The position numbers and the translations under genes are program-made. Under the pieces are notes generated by a model that was given only the letters and a program-made list of their open reading frames with translations, had not been told where the DNA came from and ran no database searches. This document shows positions 24,846 through 37,805 of a stretch of DNA of 64,000 nucleotides, in pieces; positions within the stretch are counted from its first letter, which is position 1, and each line of letters opens with the position of its first letter. This stretch comes from Squalus acanthias. Its lineage: Eukaryota. The stretch is from NCBI GenBank assembly GCA_030390025.1, contig CM059432.1, positions 21,516,001 through 21,580,000 on the forward strand, written 5' to 3'.

Positions 24846-27800
24846 GATTATAAGGTGTTCAGGAAAGATAGGGAAGGAAAAGGAGGGAGGTGGGGTGGCA
24901 GCATTGATTAAGGAAAATATTACAGTGCTGGAGAGAGAGGATGTCCTGGAGGGGTGAAGGACAGAATCTATTTGGTTAGAGTTGAGAATGAATAGAGGTG
25001 CCATTACACTACTAGGTGTGTTCGAAAAGCCGCCAACTAGTGGGAAGGATATAGAGGGGCAAATTTGCTGGGAAATTACAGAGAGGTGCAAGAACTATAG
25101 AGTAGTGATAATGGGGGACTTCAACTATCCTAATATAGACTGGGATAGTAATAGTGTAAAGGGCAGAGAGGGGGAAGAATTTCTGAAGTGTGTTCAGGAG
25201 AACTTTCTTGATCAGTACATTTCTGGACCAACGAGGAAGGAGGCATTGCTGGATCTGGTTCTGGGGAATGAGGTGGGTCAAGTATAGCAAGTGTCAGTAG
25301 GGGAATATTTAGGGAACAGTGACCACCATATCATAAGATTTAGACTAGCTATGGTAAAGGACAGGGAGCAATCTAGAGTAAAAATACTTAATTGGAGGAA
25401 GGCCAATTTCAGTGGGTTGAGAATGGATCTGGCCCGGGTAAATTGGAATCAAAGATTGGCAGGCAAAACTGTAATCGAACAATGGGCTGCTTTTAAAGAG
25501 GAGATGGTTCGGGTACAGTTGAGGTACATTCCCATGAGGGGGAAAGGTAGGGCAAAAAAAGCCAGAGCTCTCTGGATGATGAAAGAGATAGAGTAAGATG
25601 AAGCAGAAAAAGTGGGCATATGACAGATGTCAGGTTCAGAATACAAGTGAGAACCAGGCTGAATATAGAAAGTTCAGAGGGGAAGTGAAAAAGGAAATAA
25701 GAGGGGCAAAGAGAGAGTATGAGAATAGAAAGCAGCTAACATAAAAAGGAATCCAAAAGTCTTCTATAGGCATATAAATAGTGAACGGGTATTAAGAGGA
25801 GGGGTGGGGCTGATTAGGGACCAAAAAGGAGAACTATGCATGAAGGCAGAGGGTATGCCTGAGGTGCTAAATTAATACTTTGCATCTGTCTTAACCAAGG
25901 AAGAAGATGCTGCCATAGACATAGTGAAAGAGGAGATAGAGGAGGTACTGGATGGGATAAAAATTGATAAAGAGGAGGTACTAGAAAGGCCAGATGGGCT
26001 GACTGTACTTAAAGTAAATAAGTCACCAGGATACTGAGGGAAGTAAAGGTGGATATTGCGGAGTTACTGGCCATAATCTTCCAATTCTCCTTGGATACGG
26101 GGCTGGTGCATGAGGACTGGAGAACTGCAAATGTTACACCCTTGTTCAAAAAAGGGTGTAAGAATAAACCCAGCAACTATAGGCCAGTCAGTTTAACCTT
26201 GGTAGTGGGGAAGCTTTTAGAAACGATAATCTGGGACAAAATTAACAGTCACTTGGACAAGTATGGATTAATTAAGGAAAGCCAACATGGATTTGTTAAA
26301 GGCAAATCATGTCTGACTAACTTGATTGAGTTTTTTGCTGAGGTAATAGAGAGGGTTGATGAGGGCAATGTGGTTGATGTGGTGTACATGGACTTCGAAA
26401 AGACTTTTGATAAAGTGCCACATAATAGGCCTGCCAGCAAAGTTGAAGCCCATGGAATAAAAGGGACAGTGGCAGTATGGATACAAAATTGGCTTAGTGA
26501 CAGGAAACAGATAGTAGTGGTGAATGGTTGTTTTTCGGATTGGAGGAAGGTGTACAGGGTGTTCCCCAGGAGTCAGTACTAGGATCACTGCTTTTCTTGA
26601 TATATATTAATGACTTAGACTTGGGTGTGCAGGGCACAATTTCAAAATTTGCAGATGACACAAAACTCGGAAGTACAGTGAACAGTGAGGAGGATAGTGA
26701 TAGACTTCAAGAGGGCATAGACAGGCTGGTGGAATGGATGAACACGTGGCAGATGAAATTTAATGCAGAAAAGTGCGAAGTAATACATTTTGGTAGGAAG
26801 AATGAGGAGAGGCAATATAAACTAAAGGGTACAATTCTAAAGGTGGTGCATGAACAGAGAGACCTGGGGGTATATGTGCACAAATCATTGAAGGTGGCAG
26901 TAAGGGTTAATTATAAGTCCTAGCCCTTTTGGACTACCCCAGATCAGGCGTATTCCCCAGACGTTTACCTTCAACTAAAGTTAGTGGTAGCCGGATCCTA
27001 TAAGATGCTTAATTGGGTCTAAAGGTCAGACTACCTCTCCCTAAAGGAAAGAAATGGTCTAAAGATGTTACCATCCTCCGGATAGTACTTTTAATAAGTT
27101 TAACTAGACTGTAACATTCCAGATATTATGAGGGTCCGGAATACCCCCCAGAATTCTGCAACTCCTCACTGAAGAGTGTACAGAAATTTGAGTTTGCGAG
27201 ATGATACAGAAATACTCTTTGAGATAATTCTAAAAATATATAGATTCATTAAAGAACCGACATTTAGTTAACATCTGTTATGGCAATCGCAACTTTAACC
27301 GTTCAAAATACAAATAGTTTATATTTCTTATCAGAGATCCTTATTCTCAAATCTTAACTTTGTTACATTTCCACACTTCTACTTATTTCCTAATCCAGAA
27401 TATCCACCAAAATCAAATACCTTGATTACCCGAGACTCAAAATTGAAAACTTACAGAGAGTGTCTGTGAAGTTGAAAAACGCTTGTCTTCCCAGTGACTT
27501 CTGACTTTCTATCTGAAAAGCTCTTATTTTTATATCTTTTTTTTGGTGGCTTATCCTTTGAAGTATTCATGCTGATGTAAGCTAATTGTGTTTATTGATA
27601 TCTCTGTTGTATGATTTCTGTCTTTACTGTCAATTTAGCCATTGCCTGCATAATTATGTCTCTACCTTAGATGTTTCAAAAACCATCATAAACACAATGA
27701 CAGCAATGGTTTCTGTTTGATGCAATTCTTAGGAAGTCTTTCTATTGAATTTCTAATACTACTTTAACTGGTTATTATCAGTCTTTGTGACTCTGTGGTA

Positions 27801-29184
27801 TTCCAAGTTCAATACAAGAACAATGTAATTGCTTGGTGCATCCATTGAAGTAATATTTTCAAAGTTGTCTTGTTTGTGTACCTTTTTCAACTTGTAAATA
27901 CTTTATCTAGGGTGTTCCATACATTTCTTATTTACTTCAATTGGTTTTTATCAGACCTCGGGACTCCATATTTCAAGCTTAACATTAAAACTATTTGTTC
28001 AGCAGGCGTTTCTTTTACTTGATGTCATTTCTTCAAAGCCTTCTGTAGGTATCATATTTACAATATGTAAATTGAAAACACTTTAACTCAGTGTTTACTT
28101 GTTTTGTAGCTATCTCAATTGGTTCCATATTTAATCATGTTTCCTGTCTTATTTGATGTTATATTATGAAGGCTTATGGTTGTTTAATATTCTAAGTTTC
28201 TGTTTGCATCAGTGTTAGCTTTTGACACTTTAAACTGGGTGATTCCATTGTTTTGGTTCCAATGTTCAGCCATAGAGGAACCTCCAATGGTTTGCTTCAA
28301 TAGGGGCTTCATCTTTGTCAATATCCCATTCCCATATCAAAGCTTATGTTCACAGCTTTGTGTTAACAAACCATCTTATCTCATAAGCCTGCATTGTGCC
28401 TGCCGCCTGTGTCTGCTAAGGCTTATGTCTTTTAAACCCAGTATGACATTTATTAATAATTTCAGAAATCTGTTCTTAGTATCGTGTATTTTTCTGAATC
28501 CTGGCTATTCCTTCACAGCAGGGCAGGTTGAGAAAGCAGTTAAAAAAGCATACGGGATCGTGGGCTTCATAAATTGAGGCACAGAGTACAAAAGCAGGGA
28601 AGTTAAGATGAACCTTTACAAAACACTGGTTCAGCACTGGAGTATTGTGTCCAATTCTGGGCACTGCACTTTAGGAAGGATTGAAGGCCTTAGAGAGGGT
28701 GCAGAAAAGATTTACAAAATAGTTCCAGGGATGAGGGACTTCAATTACGTGGATAGACTGGAGAAGCTGGGGTTGTTCTCCTTAGAGCAGAGAAGGTTGA
28801 GAGGAGATTTGATAGAGGTGTTCAAAATCACGAGGGGTCTAGACAGAGTAGATAGAGAGAAACTGTTTCCATTGGTGGAAGGGTTGAGAACCAGAGGACA
28901 CAAATTTATGGTGATTGGCAGAAGAACCAAAGGCGACATGAGGAAAAACCTTTTTACGCAGCGAGTGGTTAGGATCTGGAATTCACTGCCTGAAAGGGTG
29001 GTAGAGGCAGATTCAATCATGGCTTTCAAAAGGGAATTGGATAAGTACCTGAAGGAAAAAAATTTGCAGGGCTACGGGGAAAGGTGGGGGAGTGGGAATA
29101 GCTGAAGTGCTCTTGCAGTGAGCCGGCATGGGCTTGACGGGCCGAATGGCATCCGTCTGTGCTCTAACCATTCTATGATTCTAT
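24846..29184 (+). mobile_element. Decayed CR1 LINE (APE endonuclease plus RT), split by a solo LTR at 26901-28517
   Basis: VIMGDFNYPNIDW; GNSDHHII; NYRPVSLT..QHGFVKGKSCLTNL; KFADDTKL. The CR1 sequence resumes at 28518 (AGQVEKAVKKAYG) and ends in a ttctatgattctat tail. Confidence 0.93.
26901..28517 (-). mobile_element. Solo retroviral-type LTR, 1617 bp, 4-bp TSD (family X, copy 1)
   Basis: Minus strand begins TGTGAAGGAATA and ends TAATTAACCCTTA; GCAG duplicated (26897-26900, 28518-28521); TATAAAAA at 27534 and GTAAGT at 27454; aligns end to end with 31500-33727. Confidence 0.88.
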
Positions 29185-30174
29185 AATTCCTTTGCTCCTC
29201 TACCCCATTTAGAATTTCCAAAGAGTATGTGGCCTCCTAATTCTTCCTACCAATATACACCACCTCACGCTTGTGTATATTGAATTATAGAATTATATAT
29301 ATATTATATCATGGCTGATCTGCAGCTCAACTCCATTTAATTCGACTTTGATTGTACCCTTTGTTATCTTACCTAATAAACCTGTCAATCTCTGTCTTGA
29401 AACACAGCCTTTTGGGGGAGAGACTTCCAGATTTCCACTACCCTTTGTGTGAAAAAGTGCTTCCTGATTTCACTTCTGAGTGGCCTAGCTCTGATTTTGA
29501 GATTGTGTCCTCTTGATCTGGAATAGTTTCTCTTGACTTGATTGTCACGGGGAGGCGGGAAGGGTATGGGGGAGCCCAGTAGCGGGTGACAAACCCGGCA
29601 AGGCTGGGGTCCTGGAGGCCCTGCCAGGTTTATTATTGACAGCCGTCTTCGGCACGGCAGGGAGCCGGGTGGAGTATTCTTGCTCTTCACGGTTCCACAT
29701 TAAGGTAAACTGCGTTCAGGGCAGACCAATCTTGCAGTGGGAGCCTCAATCTCTGTTAGGGCCTTTGCATGTGCAAATAAGGGCCCTAACGCCTGTTTCA
29801 GGCGCAGGCCTTGGACGCCTCATTTTCTGCCTTTACCAATATGGCGGCGGCGCGCTTCAGACACGGGCTCGCCAGCCTCCGGACAAAATATTCATTTTTG
29901 AAAGATTTCCACTTTGCCTAGTTCAATCTTTCACTTTGTGTATGGCAGATGGTGTATCACTGTTATTAACATGTCATTTGAATATGCTGCTGACATCTGC
30001 CATCACTTCTGACAGAAGATCCAGACATGCAGCACAGGACGGGGAGCTGGGAAATGCTGGATAACAGGCAACAAATCCGTGGAAAATCCCAGACATGATG
30101 TCCAAGCCGACACATGGTGAATAACCACATGGGCAAAGTACCAGACAGTGTCTGCTATCTGTGTAACCTTACCT

Positions 30175-31123
30175 CACACTCACTGGAAGGAGACACCGCA
30201 TGACACACTCACTGGAAGGAGACACCGCGGGACACACTCGCTAGAAGGAGACACCACGGGACACACTCACTGGAGGGAGACACCGCGGGACACACTCACT
30301 GGAGGGAGACACCGCGGGACACACTCGCTAGAAGGAGACACCGCGGGACACACTCACTGGAGGGAGACACCGCGGGACACACTCACTGGAAGGAGACACC
30401 GCGGGACACACTCGCTAGAAGGAGACACCACGGGACACACTCACTGGAAGGTGACACCGCGGGACACATTCACTGGAAGGAGACACCGTGGGACACCCCC
30501 ACTGGAGACATCGCGGGACACACTCACTGGAAGGAGACACCGCGGGACACACTCACTGGAAGGAGACACCGTGGGACACACTCACTGGAAGGAGACACCG
30601 TGGGACACACTCACTGGAAGGTGACACCGCGGGACACACTCACTGGAAGGAGACACCGCGGGACACACTCACTGGAAGGAGACACTGCAGGACACATTCA
30701 CTGGAAGGAGACACCGCGGGACACACTCACTGGAAGGAGACACCGCGGGACACACTCACTGGAAGGAGACACCGTGGGACACACTCACTGGAAGGAGACA
30801 CCGCGGGACACACTCACTGGAAGGAGACACCGCGGGACACACTCACTGGAAGGAGACACCGCGGGACACACTCACTGGAAGGAGACACCGCGGGACACAC
30901 TCACTGGAAGGAGACACCGCGGGACACACTCACTGGAAGGAGAGACACCGCGGGCCACACTCACTGGAAGGAGACACCACGGGACACACTCATTGGAAGG
31001 AGACACCGCGGGACACACTCACTGGAAGGAGACACCGCGGGACACACTCGCTAGAAGGAGACACCGCGGGATACACTCACTGGAGGGAGACACCGCGGGA
31101 CACACTCACTGGAAGGAGACACA
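30175..31123. repeat. 29-bp minisatellite, about 32 units
   Basis: Unit CACACTCACTGGAAGGAGACACCGCGGGA repeated head to tail with no spacers. Confidence 0.97.
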
Positions 31124-31130
31124 CTATAAG

Positions 31131-31499
31131 GAGGTCGGGACCCAGGAGCGAGGACGGGGCCCAGGAGCGCGGACGGGGCCCAGGAGCGAGGACGAGACCC
31201 AGGAGCAAGGTCGAGGCCCCGGAGCGAGGTCGGGACACAGGAGCGAGGACGAGCCCAGCAGTAAGGTCAAGGCCCAGGAGTGGCGCAGCGTGGACCAGCA
31301 GCGGGGTCAGGAGGACCACACTGCAGCCTATGAAACCCAGGCAGAGAGGACCTGCGGGAAGGAGGGAGGAGGACAGTAGGAGTATGTTTGTGTGTGTGCG
31401 CTAGGCCGATGTAGCAGAGCCTGGTCTCCAATCGTCTTGGATCCCCTTACCATTGGACCAAGACCTTGCTTTGTCAAGCCCGTGTGAAAGCTGGTGTGC
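31131..31499 (+). mobile_element. Probable 5' leader of the RTE element, with a ~19-bp tandem repeat
   Basis: About 8 units of CCCAGGAGCGAGGACGGGG (31131-31280). Removing the LTR joins ..gctggtgtgc to aacggccaccccacgttaaaa, which leads into the RTE ORF. Confidence 0.6.
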
Positions 31500-33727
31500 T
31501 GTGAAGGAATAAGCAATATACCTATTCAGAAAAAATACACCATCCTATGAAAGAATTTTGACTTTATTAAAACATGACAAACTGGGCTTGAAAATCTAAA
31601 AACTTAACAATGGAAAAGCTGTAAACAGCATACAGGCTGTTGAGATAAGATAAGCTGTTGACACTGAATCAATAGTCTTAATGAAACAGAAGGTTAAAGG
31701 TTCCTGAAAGTCTGCAGCCTTGAAAAGAACACAATGGTATACCCTGTTAAAGTGTCTTAAACCAACACTTCGGAAAGAATCACAGAAAATTAAAGAAGCA
31801 TATGCCTTCGTAAAAATGACATCAAATGAAACACGGAGACACGAGTCTGTAATACAACCAGTTGAGGTAACTAAGAAGACAATGGTGCATCCGACTGAGG
31901 TGTTCTAAATGCAAAAGATACAAACAGAAGACCTTGGTAAGAATGACATCAAATAGATGCACCAGCCATCACATTGTTTTTGTGTTAAGCTTGAGACACC
32001 TACACAGGAGACATAATTCTTAATGCTACCAGCTGAACTAACTGTAAGAATAACAGGGGCCAACAGAAAAATGACTAGAGATAATGAGCTTACATCAGCA
32101 GAAAACTTCAAAGGAAATACCACTGAGAAATGGTATAAAAATTGGACTTTCAAATGGGAAGACAGATTCGCTGTAAAGGGGCAAAGCAATTCTCGGCTTC
32201 AGAGACAAGCTCTGTAAGTCTACAACTTTGTATCTCGGGGATCAAGGTACTTGTATTTGATTTTGGTGGATATCCTGGAATAGACTAAGAAATGTAAAAA
32301 TATAACGAAGTTAAGATTTCAGAATAGGGATCTCTGATAATAAGATTGTAAAAGCTGTTTGTATTTGGAACTGTTAATGTCGCGATTGAAACACCTACTG
32401 TAATTACATGTCGGTTCTTTAATAAATCTATATATTTTTAGAATTGTCTCACATAGTATTTCTGTATCAAACTCGCAAACTCAATCTCTGTACACTCTTT
32501 GGTGAAGAGTTGCGGAATTCTGAGGGAGTTTTCCGGACCCTCATAATATCCAGAACATTACAGTCTAGCTAAACTTATTAATCTTATCTCCAAGTTTGCA
32601 GATGACACAAAGCTGGGTGGGCGTGTGTGCTGCGAGGAGGATACCGAGAAACTCCAGGATGATTTGGACAGGTTGGGTGAGTGGGCAGAAGCATGGCAGA
32701 TGCAATATAACGTGGATAAATGCGAGGTTATCCACTTTGGTGTCAAAAACAGAAAGGCAGACTATTATATGAATGGCAATAGATTGGGAGAAGGGGAAGT
32801 GCAACGAGACCTGGGTGTCCTTGTGCACCAGTCGCTGAAGGTAAGCATGCAGGTGCAGCAGGCGGTGAAGAAGGCAAATGGTATGTTGGCCTTCATAGCG
32901 AAAGGGTTTGAGTATAGGAACAGGGATGTCCTGCTGCAGTTGTACAGGGCCTTGGTGAGACCACACCTTGAGTACTGTGTGCAGTTTCGGTCGCCTTATC
33001 TGAGGAAGGATGTTCTTGCCATGGAAGGAGTTCAGCGAAGATTCACAAGGCTGATACCTGGGATGGCAGGAATGACATATGAGGAGAGATTGGGTCGATT
33101 GGGCTTATACTCGCTGGAGTATAGAAGAATGAGAGGGGATCTCATCGAAACATATAAAATTCTGACAGGTCTGGACAAACTAGATGCAGGAAGAATGTTC
33201 CCGATGGTCGGAGAGTCCAGAACCAGGGGTCATAATCTAAGGATAAGGGGTAAGCCATTTAGGACAGAAATGAGGAAGAATTTCTTCACCCAGAGAGTGG
33301 TGAACCTGTGGAATTCTCTACCACAGAAGGTAGTTGAGGCCAAGTCATTAAATATATTCAAGAATGAGTTAGATATATTTCTTAAAGCTAAAGGTATCAA
33401 GGGATATGGGGAGAAGGCAGGTACAGAGTACTAAGTTTGGATGATCAGCCATGATCTCATCGAATGGCGGAGCAGGCTCGAGGGGCCGAATGGCCTACTC
33501 CTGCTCCTATCTTCTATGTTTCTATGTTTCTATGTGAGTGCTATCTGGAGGACGGTAACATCTTCAGGTTGTTCCTTTCCTTTAGGGAGAGATTGTCCGG
33601 ACCTTTAGACCCAATTAAGCGTCTTTAGGATTCGGCTACCTAAAACTTTAGTTGAAGGTGAACGTCTGGGGAATACGCCTGATCCGGGGTAGCCCTAAAG
33701 GGGCTAGGACTAGTAATTATCCCTTCA
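31500..33727 (+). mobile_element. Solo retroviral-type LTR, 1274 bp net of a CR1 insertion, 4-bp TSD (family X, copy 2)
   Basis: TGTGAAGGAATA...TAATTATCCCTTCA; GTGC duplicated (31496-31499, 33728-33731); TATAAAA at 32134, GTAAGT at 32214, AATAAA at 32421. Confidence 0.9.
32582..33535 (+). mobile_element. Young 5'-truncated CR1 LINE inserted in the LTR
   Basis: Uninterrupted RT C-terminal frame (SKFADDTKLGG.. to the stop at 33434); (TTCTATGT)n tail; its flanks are contiguous in LTR copy 1. Confidence 0.95.
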
Positions 33728-36700
33728 GTGCAACGGCCACCCCACGTTAAAAGAATTCACGCACAGGCATCTTCCACCCTTTAAAATGAAGTTCGGAAAT
33801 AGAACGGCAGGACCCTCATGGACAACCCCAACAGCAAAAGGCCGGAACGCCGTACTGCTTTCGTTGCCCGGGAACTCAGACATTTCGACATAGACATCGC
33901 TGCCCTAAGCGAGACCCGACGGGCAGGGGAAGGCCAGCTCAAGGAGCAAGGCGGTGGTTACACCTTTTTCTGGAAAGGCAAACCTGAAGAAGAACGCCGC
34001 CTCCATGGGGTAGGCTTCACCATAAAAAATGAGCTAGTTGAACGTCTCAGAGACTCCCCTTGTGGAATAAATGAACGCCTCATCACTCTACGGCTCACCC
34101 TAGCCCGGAACCATTGTGCTACGGTCATCAGTGTGTACGCCCCAATACTGGAAGTAAAGACGAGACCAAAGAGGAATTCTACTCCAACCTCGAACAATCC
34201 CTGTCTCGAGTCCAAACGGGTGACAAGCTGATCCTCCTCGACGACTTTAACGCCAGTGTTGGAAAGGACACAGACCTCTGGGGAGGTGTGATCGGCAGAG
34301 AGGGGGTAGGGAAAGCCAACTCCAACGGTACCCTCCTCCTAACGAAATGCTTAGAACATGGCCTTGTCATAACCAACACCTTGTTCCGTCAGAGAGACAA
34401 GTACAAAGCTTCATGGCAGCACACTCGCTCCAAGCACTGGCATCTGCTGGACTATGTCATTGTCCGAGCGAGGGACCGCAAGGGCGTCCGCATCACCTGC
34501 GCCATGACAGGAGCCGACGACTGCTGGACAGACCACTGCCTAATCCGCTCTGTCATCTCCATCAACGTAGCCCCAAAACAACAGCGGCAACAGAAGCAAT
34601 GCCGCAGGAAAATCAACGCTGGAGCACTCAAAGACGCTGCTAAGAAAGCCCTATTCAGCCTGCACCTCACAACCAACCTGACTCCCAGTGATTCAGAGAC
34701 ACAACGTGCCCACAGTGCCTGGTCTGCACTCAAAGCCTCCATAATTAGCACCTGTGAAGAGACGCTCGGTCACTCGACCAGGAAACACCAAGACTGGTTC
34801 GACGAGAATGACCAGGAGATCCAGGAGCTAATAAGTCGCAAGCGCAAGGCATTCCTGATCAGGAAACAGCAAAAGAACTCGAGAGCAAGAAAGCAGCTCT
34901 ACAGATGACTGAAGGCGGAGGTCCAACAAAAAACTCGTGACCTAAAGAACAGATGGTGGGTAGAGAAAGCGCAGTAGATCCAGAAGCTAGCCGACAACCA
35001 CGGCGTGCGTGGATTCTTTAGCGCAGTCAAGACCACCTGTGGCCCAAGCACCCAAGGTCCTACCCCACTGTGGGCCAAGAACGGAGAGGTACTCATCAAG
35101 GACAGAGAGACAATGCCCGCTAAAAGGAGCACTTCGAAGATCTCTTTAACCGAGACTCTGTCTTTGACGTGAGTGTCCTCAACTCTATCCCGCAGCATGC
35201 TACCCGCCACCACCTCAGCACAACCCCAGTCTGACATGAGATTGAAAAGGCCGATTCGACAACTGAAGAACAACAAGACCTCAGGAACAGATGGAATCCC
35301 TGCCGAGGCGCTAAAACATGGCGGAGAAGCACTATTGGCGCGAATACATAAACTCATTTCTCTTATTTGGAAGGAGGAGAGCATGCCAGGGGATCTCAGA
35401 GATGCCGTAATCGTGACCATCTTCAAGAAAGGTGACAAGTCCGATTGCGATAATTACAGAGGAGTCTCCCTGATGTCTGCCACAGGGAAAGTCATCGCAA
35501 GAATCCTCCTCAATCGCCTTCTCCCAGTGGCTGAAGAGCTCCTCCCAGTGTCGCAATGCGGATTCCGCCCACTAAGGGGCACAATGGACATGATCTTCAC
35601 CGCGCGTCAACTACAAGAGAAATGCAGGGAACAGCATCAACCACTGTACATGGCCTTCTTTGATCTCACAAAGGCCTTCGACACCATCAACCATGAAGGA
35701 TTATGGAGTGTCCTCCTCAAATTTGGCTGCCCTCAAAAGTTTGTCACCATCCTCCGCCTGTTTCACGACGACATGCAAGCCGTGATCCTGACCAATGGAT
35801 CCACCACAGACCCAATTCACGTACGGACCGGGGTCAAGCAAGGCTGTGTTATCGCATCAACGCTCTTCTCGATCTTCCTGGCTGCAATGCTCCATCTCAC
35901 CCTCAGTAAGCTCCCCACTGGAGTGGAGCTAATCTACAGAACAAATGGGAAACTGTTCAATCTCCGTCGCCTCCACTCCAGATCCAAGGTCATCCCATCC
36001 TCTGTCATTGAATTACAATATGCAGACGACGCTTGCATCTGTGCACACTAAACATCTGTAAGACAAAAGTCCTCTACCAACCTGTCCCCGCCACACAGTA
36101 CTGCTGCCCGATTATCAAAATCCATGACGAGGCCTTGGACAACGTGGACCACTGTCCATACCTCGGGAGCCGACTGTCAACAAGGGCAGACGTCGATGAC
36201 AAAGTCCAACACCGCCTTCAGTGTGCCAGCGCTGCCTTCGGTCGCCTGAGGAAGAGACTGTTTGAAGACCAGGACCTCAAACCCAGCACCAAGCTCATGG
36301 TCTACAGAGCAGTAGTGATACCCGCCCTCCTGTATGCTTCAGAGACATGGACCATGTACAGCATGCACCTCAAAGCACTGGAGAGGTACCACCAACGCTG
36401 CCTCCGCAAGATCCTGCAAATCCATTGGCAGGATAGGCGCACCAACATCGTTGTTCTCGCTCAGGCCAACATCCCCAGCATCGAATCTTTGACCACGCTT
36501 GATCAGCTCCAATGGACGGGCCACATCATCCGCATGCCCGATACGAGACTTCCAAAACAAGCGCTCTACTGAGAGCTCCGACACGGCAAGAGAGCCCCAG
36601 GTGGGCAGAGGAAACGCTTCAAGGATACCCTCAAAGCCTCCTTGAAAAAGTGCAACATCCCCAACGACACCTGGGAATCCCTGGCCCAAGACCGCACAAA

Positions 36701-36950
36701 GTGGAGGAGAAGCATCCGGGAAGGCGCCGAACACCTCGAGTCTCTTCGCCGGGAGCAAGCGGAAGCCAAGCGCAAACAGCGGAAGGAGCGCACGTCAACC
36801 CAAGCACCCCACCCACCCGCCCCTTCAACCACCGTCTGCCCCACCTGTGACAGAGACTGTAGGTCCCGCATTGGACTCATCAGTCACCTGAGAACTCATT
36901 TTTAATGTGGAAGCAAGTCATCCTCGGTTCCGAGGGACTGCTTAAGCAAA
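33728..36950 (+). mobile_element. Near full-length RTE-clade LINE (APE, RT, C-terminal C2H2), disrupted
   Basis: MDNPNSKRPERRTA..DIAALSETR; WTDHCLI; FFDLTKAFDT; GVKQGCV; LQYADD; CPTCDRDCRSRIGLISHLRTH; stops, frameshifts and a deletion after YADD. Confidence 0.95.
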
Positions 36951-37642
36951 AGACCTCAGCATGAGGCAATGACTGCAGGAGAGGCAGATAGAGAATTGAA
37001 TGGGTAAAAATTAGAGTTATAGCCATTGTAACTAAATGTCATAATGGCATTGACAGATAGTTTGATCCTCACCAAATTGAAATGGTGCTTTGTTGATTGT
37101 GCACCGTTGAAATTTTTAATTTAGTTCACTGCAACACTTCAGCCTTGGGCTTTATTTGACTCATTTCTTCCACACTTGTGCAGTATTCCACCTTCTATTG
37201 TTTCTACAAACAGGTGCTGGAGGTGATCTGGCTTTCTGAAATGTAAACAAAAAATCTCCAATGAATTATAGACACCCAAGACTTAACAGAGTCACATAAC
37301 TGGTCATTTTTTAAAAGAAGTAGATCATTGTTGCCTTAATCTAAACATCAATCATTTCATCCCAGGGCAGGGAGCTATTTTCACTATCATATGACTGTTG
37401 CATCATTCCAATACTTGTGACTGAGTCTGCTTTATAATCATGGTGGACAGGACCACAGGCAGCGTGCAACATTTAAAAATATTCTTTTCTCTTTCCCCCC
37501 CGAAATTGCAGGGCTATGGGGAACGAGCAGGGGAGTGGGACTAATTGGATCGCACTTTCAAAAAGCCTGCACAGGCACGATGGGCCAAGTGGCCTCCTTC
37601 TGCGTTGTATGATTCTTATTTGAGAGTGGGTGGACTGTGTGA

Positions 37643-37805
37643 CAATGTTCCCTCTAACTATTTTTTGGGTGCGCAGCCCCTTTAACGGGCTGCGTGGCCC
37701 GTTCAAATTTCCGCGCGCGTGTGGGTTTTCCAACACAAAGCCAGCAAGCGGCCTGCGGGGGACCTCCAGACCACCGCGCGGCCGTGCAGCCTAATGAGAA
37801 CATTG
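37643..37805. mobile_element. hAT-type MITE, 163 bp
   Basis: TIRs CAATGTTCCCTCTAA / CTAATGAGAACATTG; 8-bp TSD CTGTGTGA / CTGTGTGG. Confidence 0.8.

Noticed and set aside
30148..31379. Long ORFs with HTHWKETP repeats, resembling a CRISPR array or zinc-finger linkers
   Set aside because: Pure 29-bp tandem repeat with no spacers; the unit is not a multiple of 3 and there are no Cys pairs; the ORFs arise because the unit lacks stop codons.
31380..31499. HDV-like ribozyme in the RTE leader
   Set aside because: A hairpin (gtcttgg..ccaagac) is visible, but I could not build the nested double pseudoknot; a descriptor-based search would be needed.
26901..33727. One large element with ~1.3-1.6 kb terminal inverted repeats (DIRS- or Polinton-like)
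   Set aside because: Each repeat has its own, different 4-bp TSD and interrupts a different host element, so these are two independent solo LTRs.
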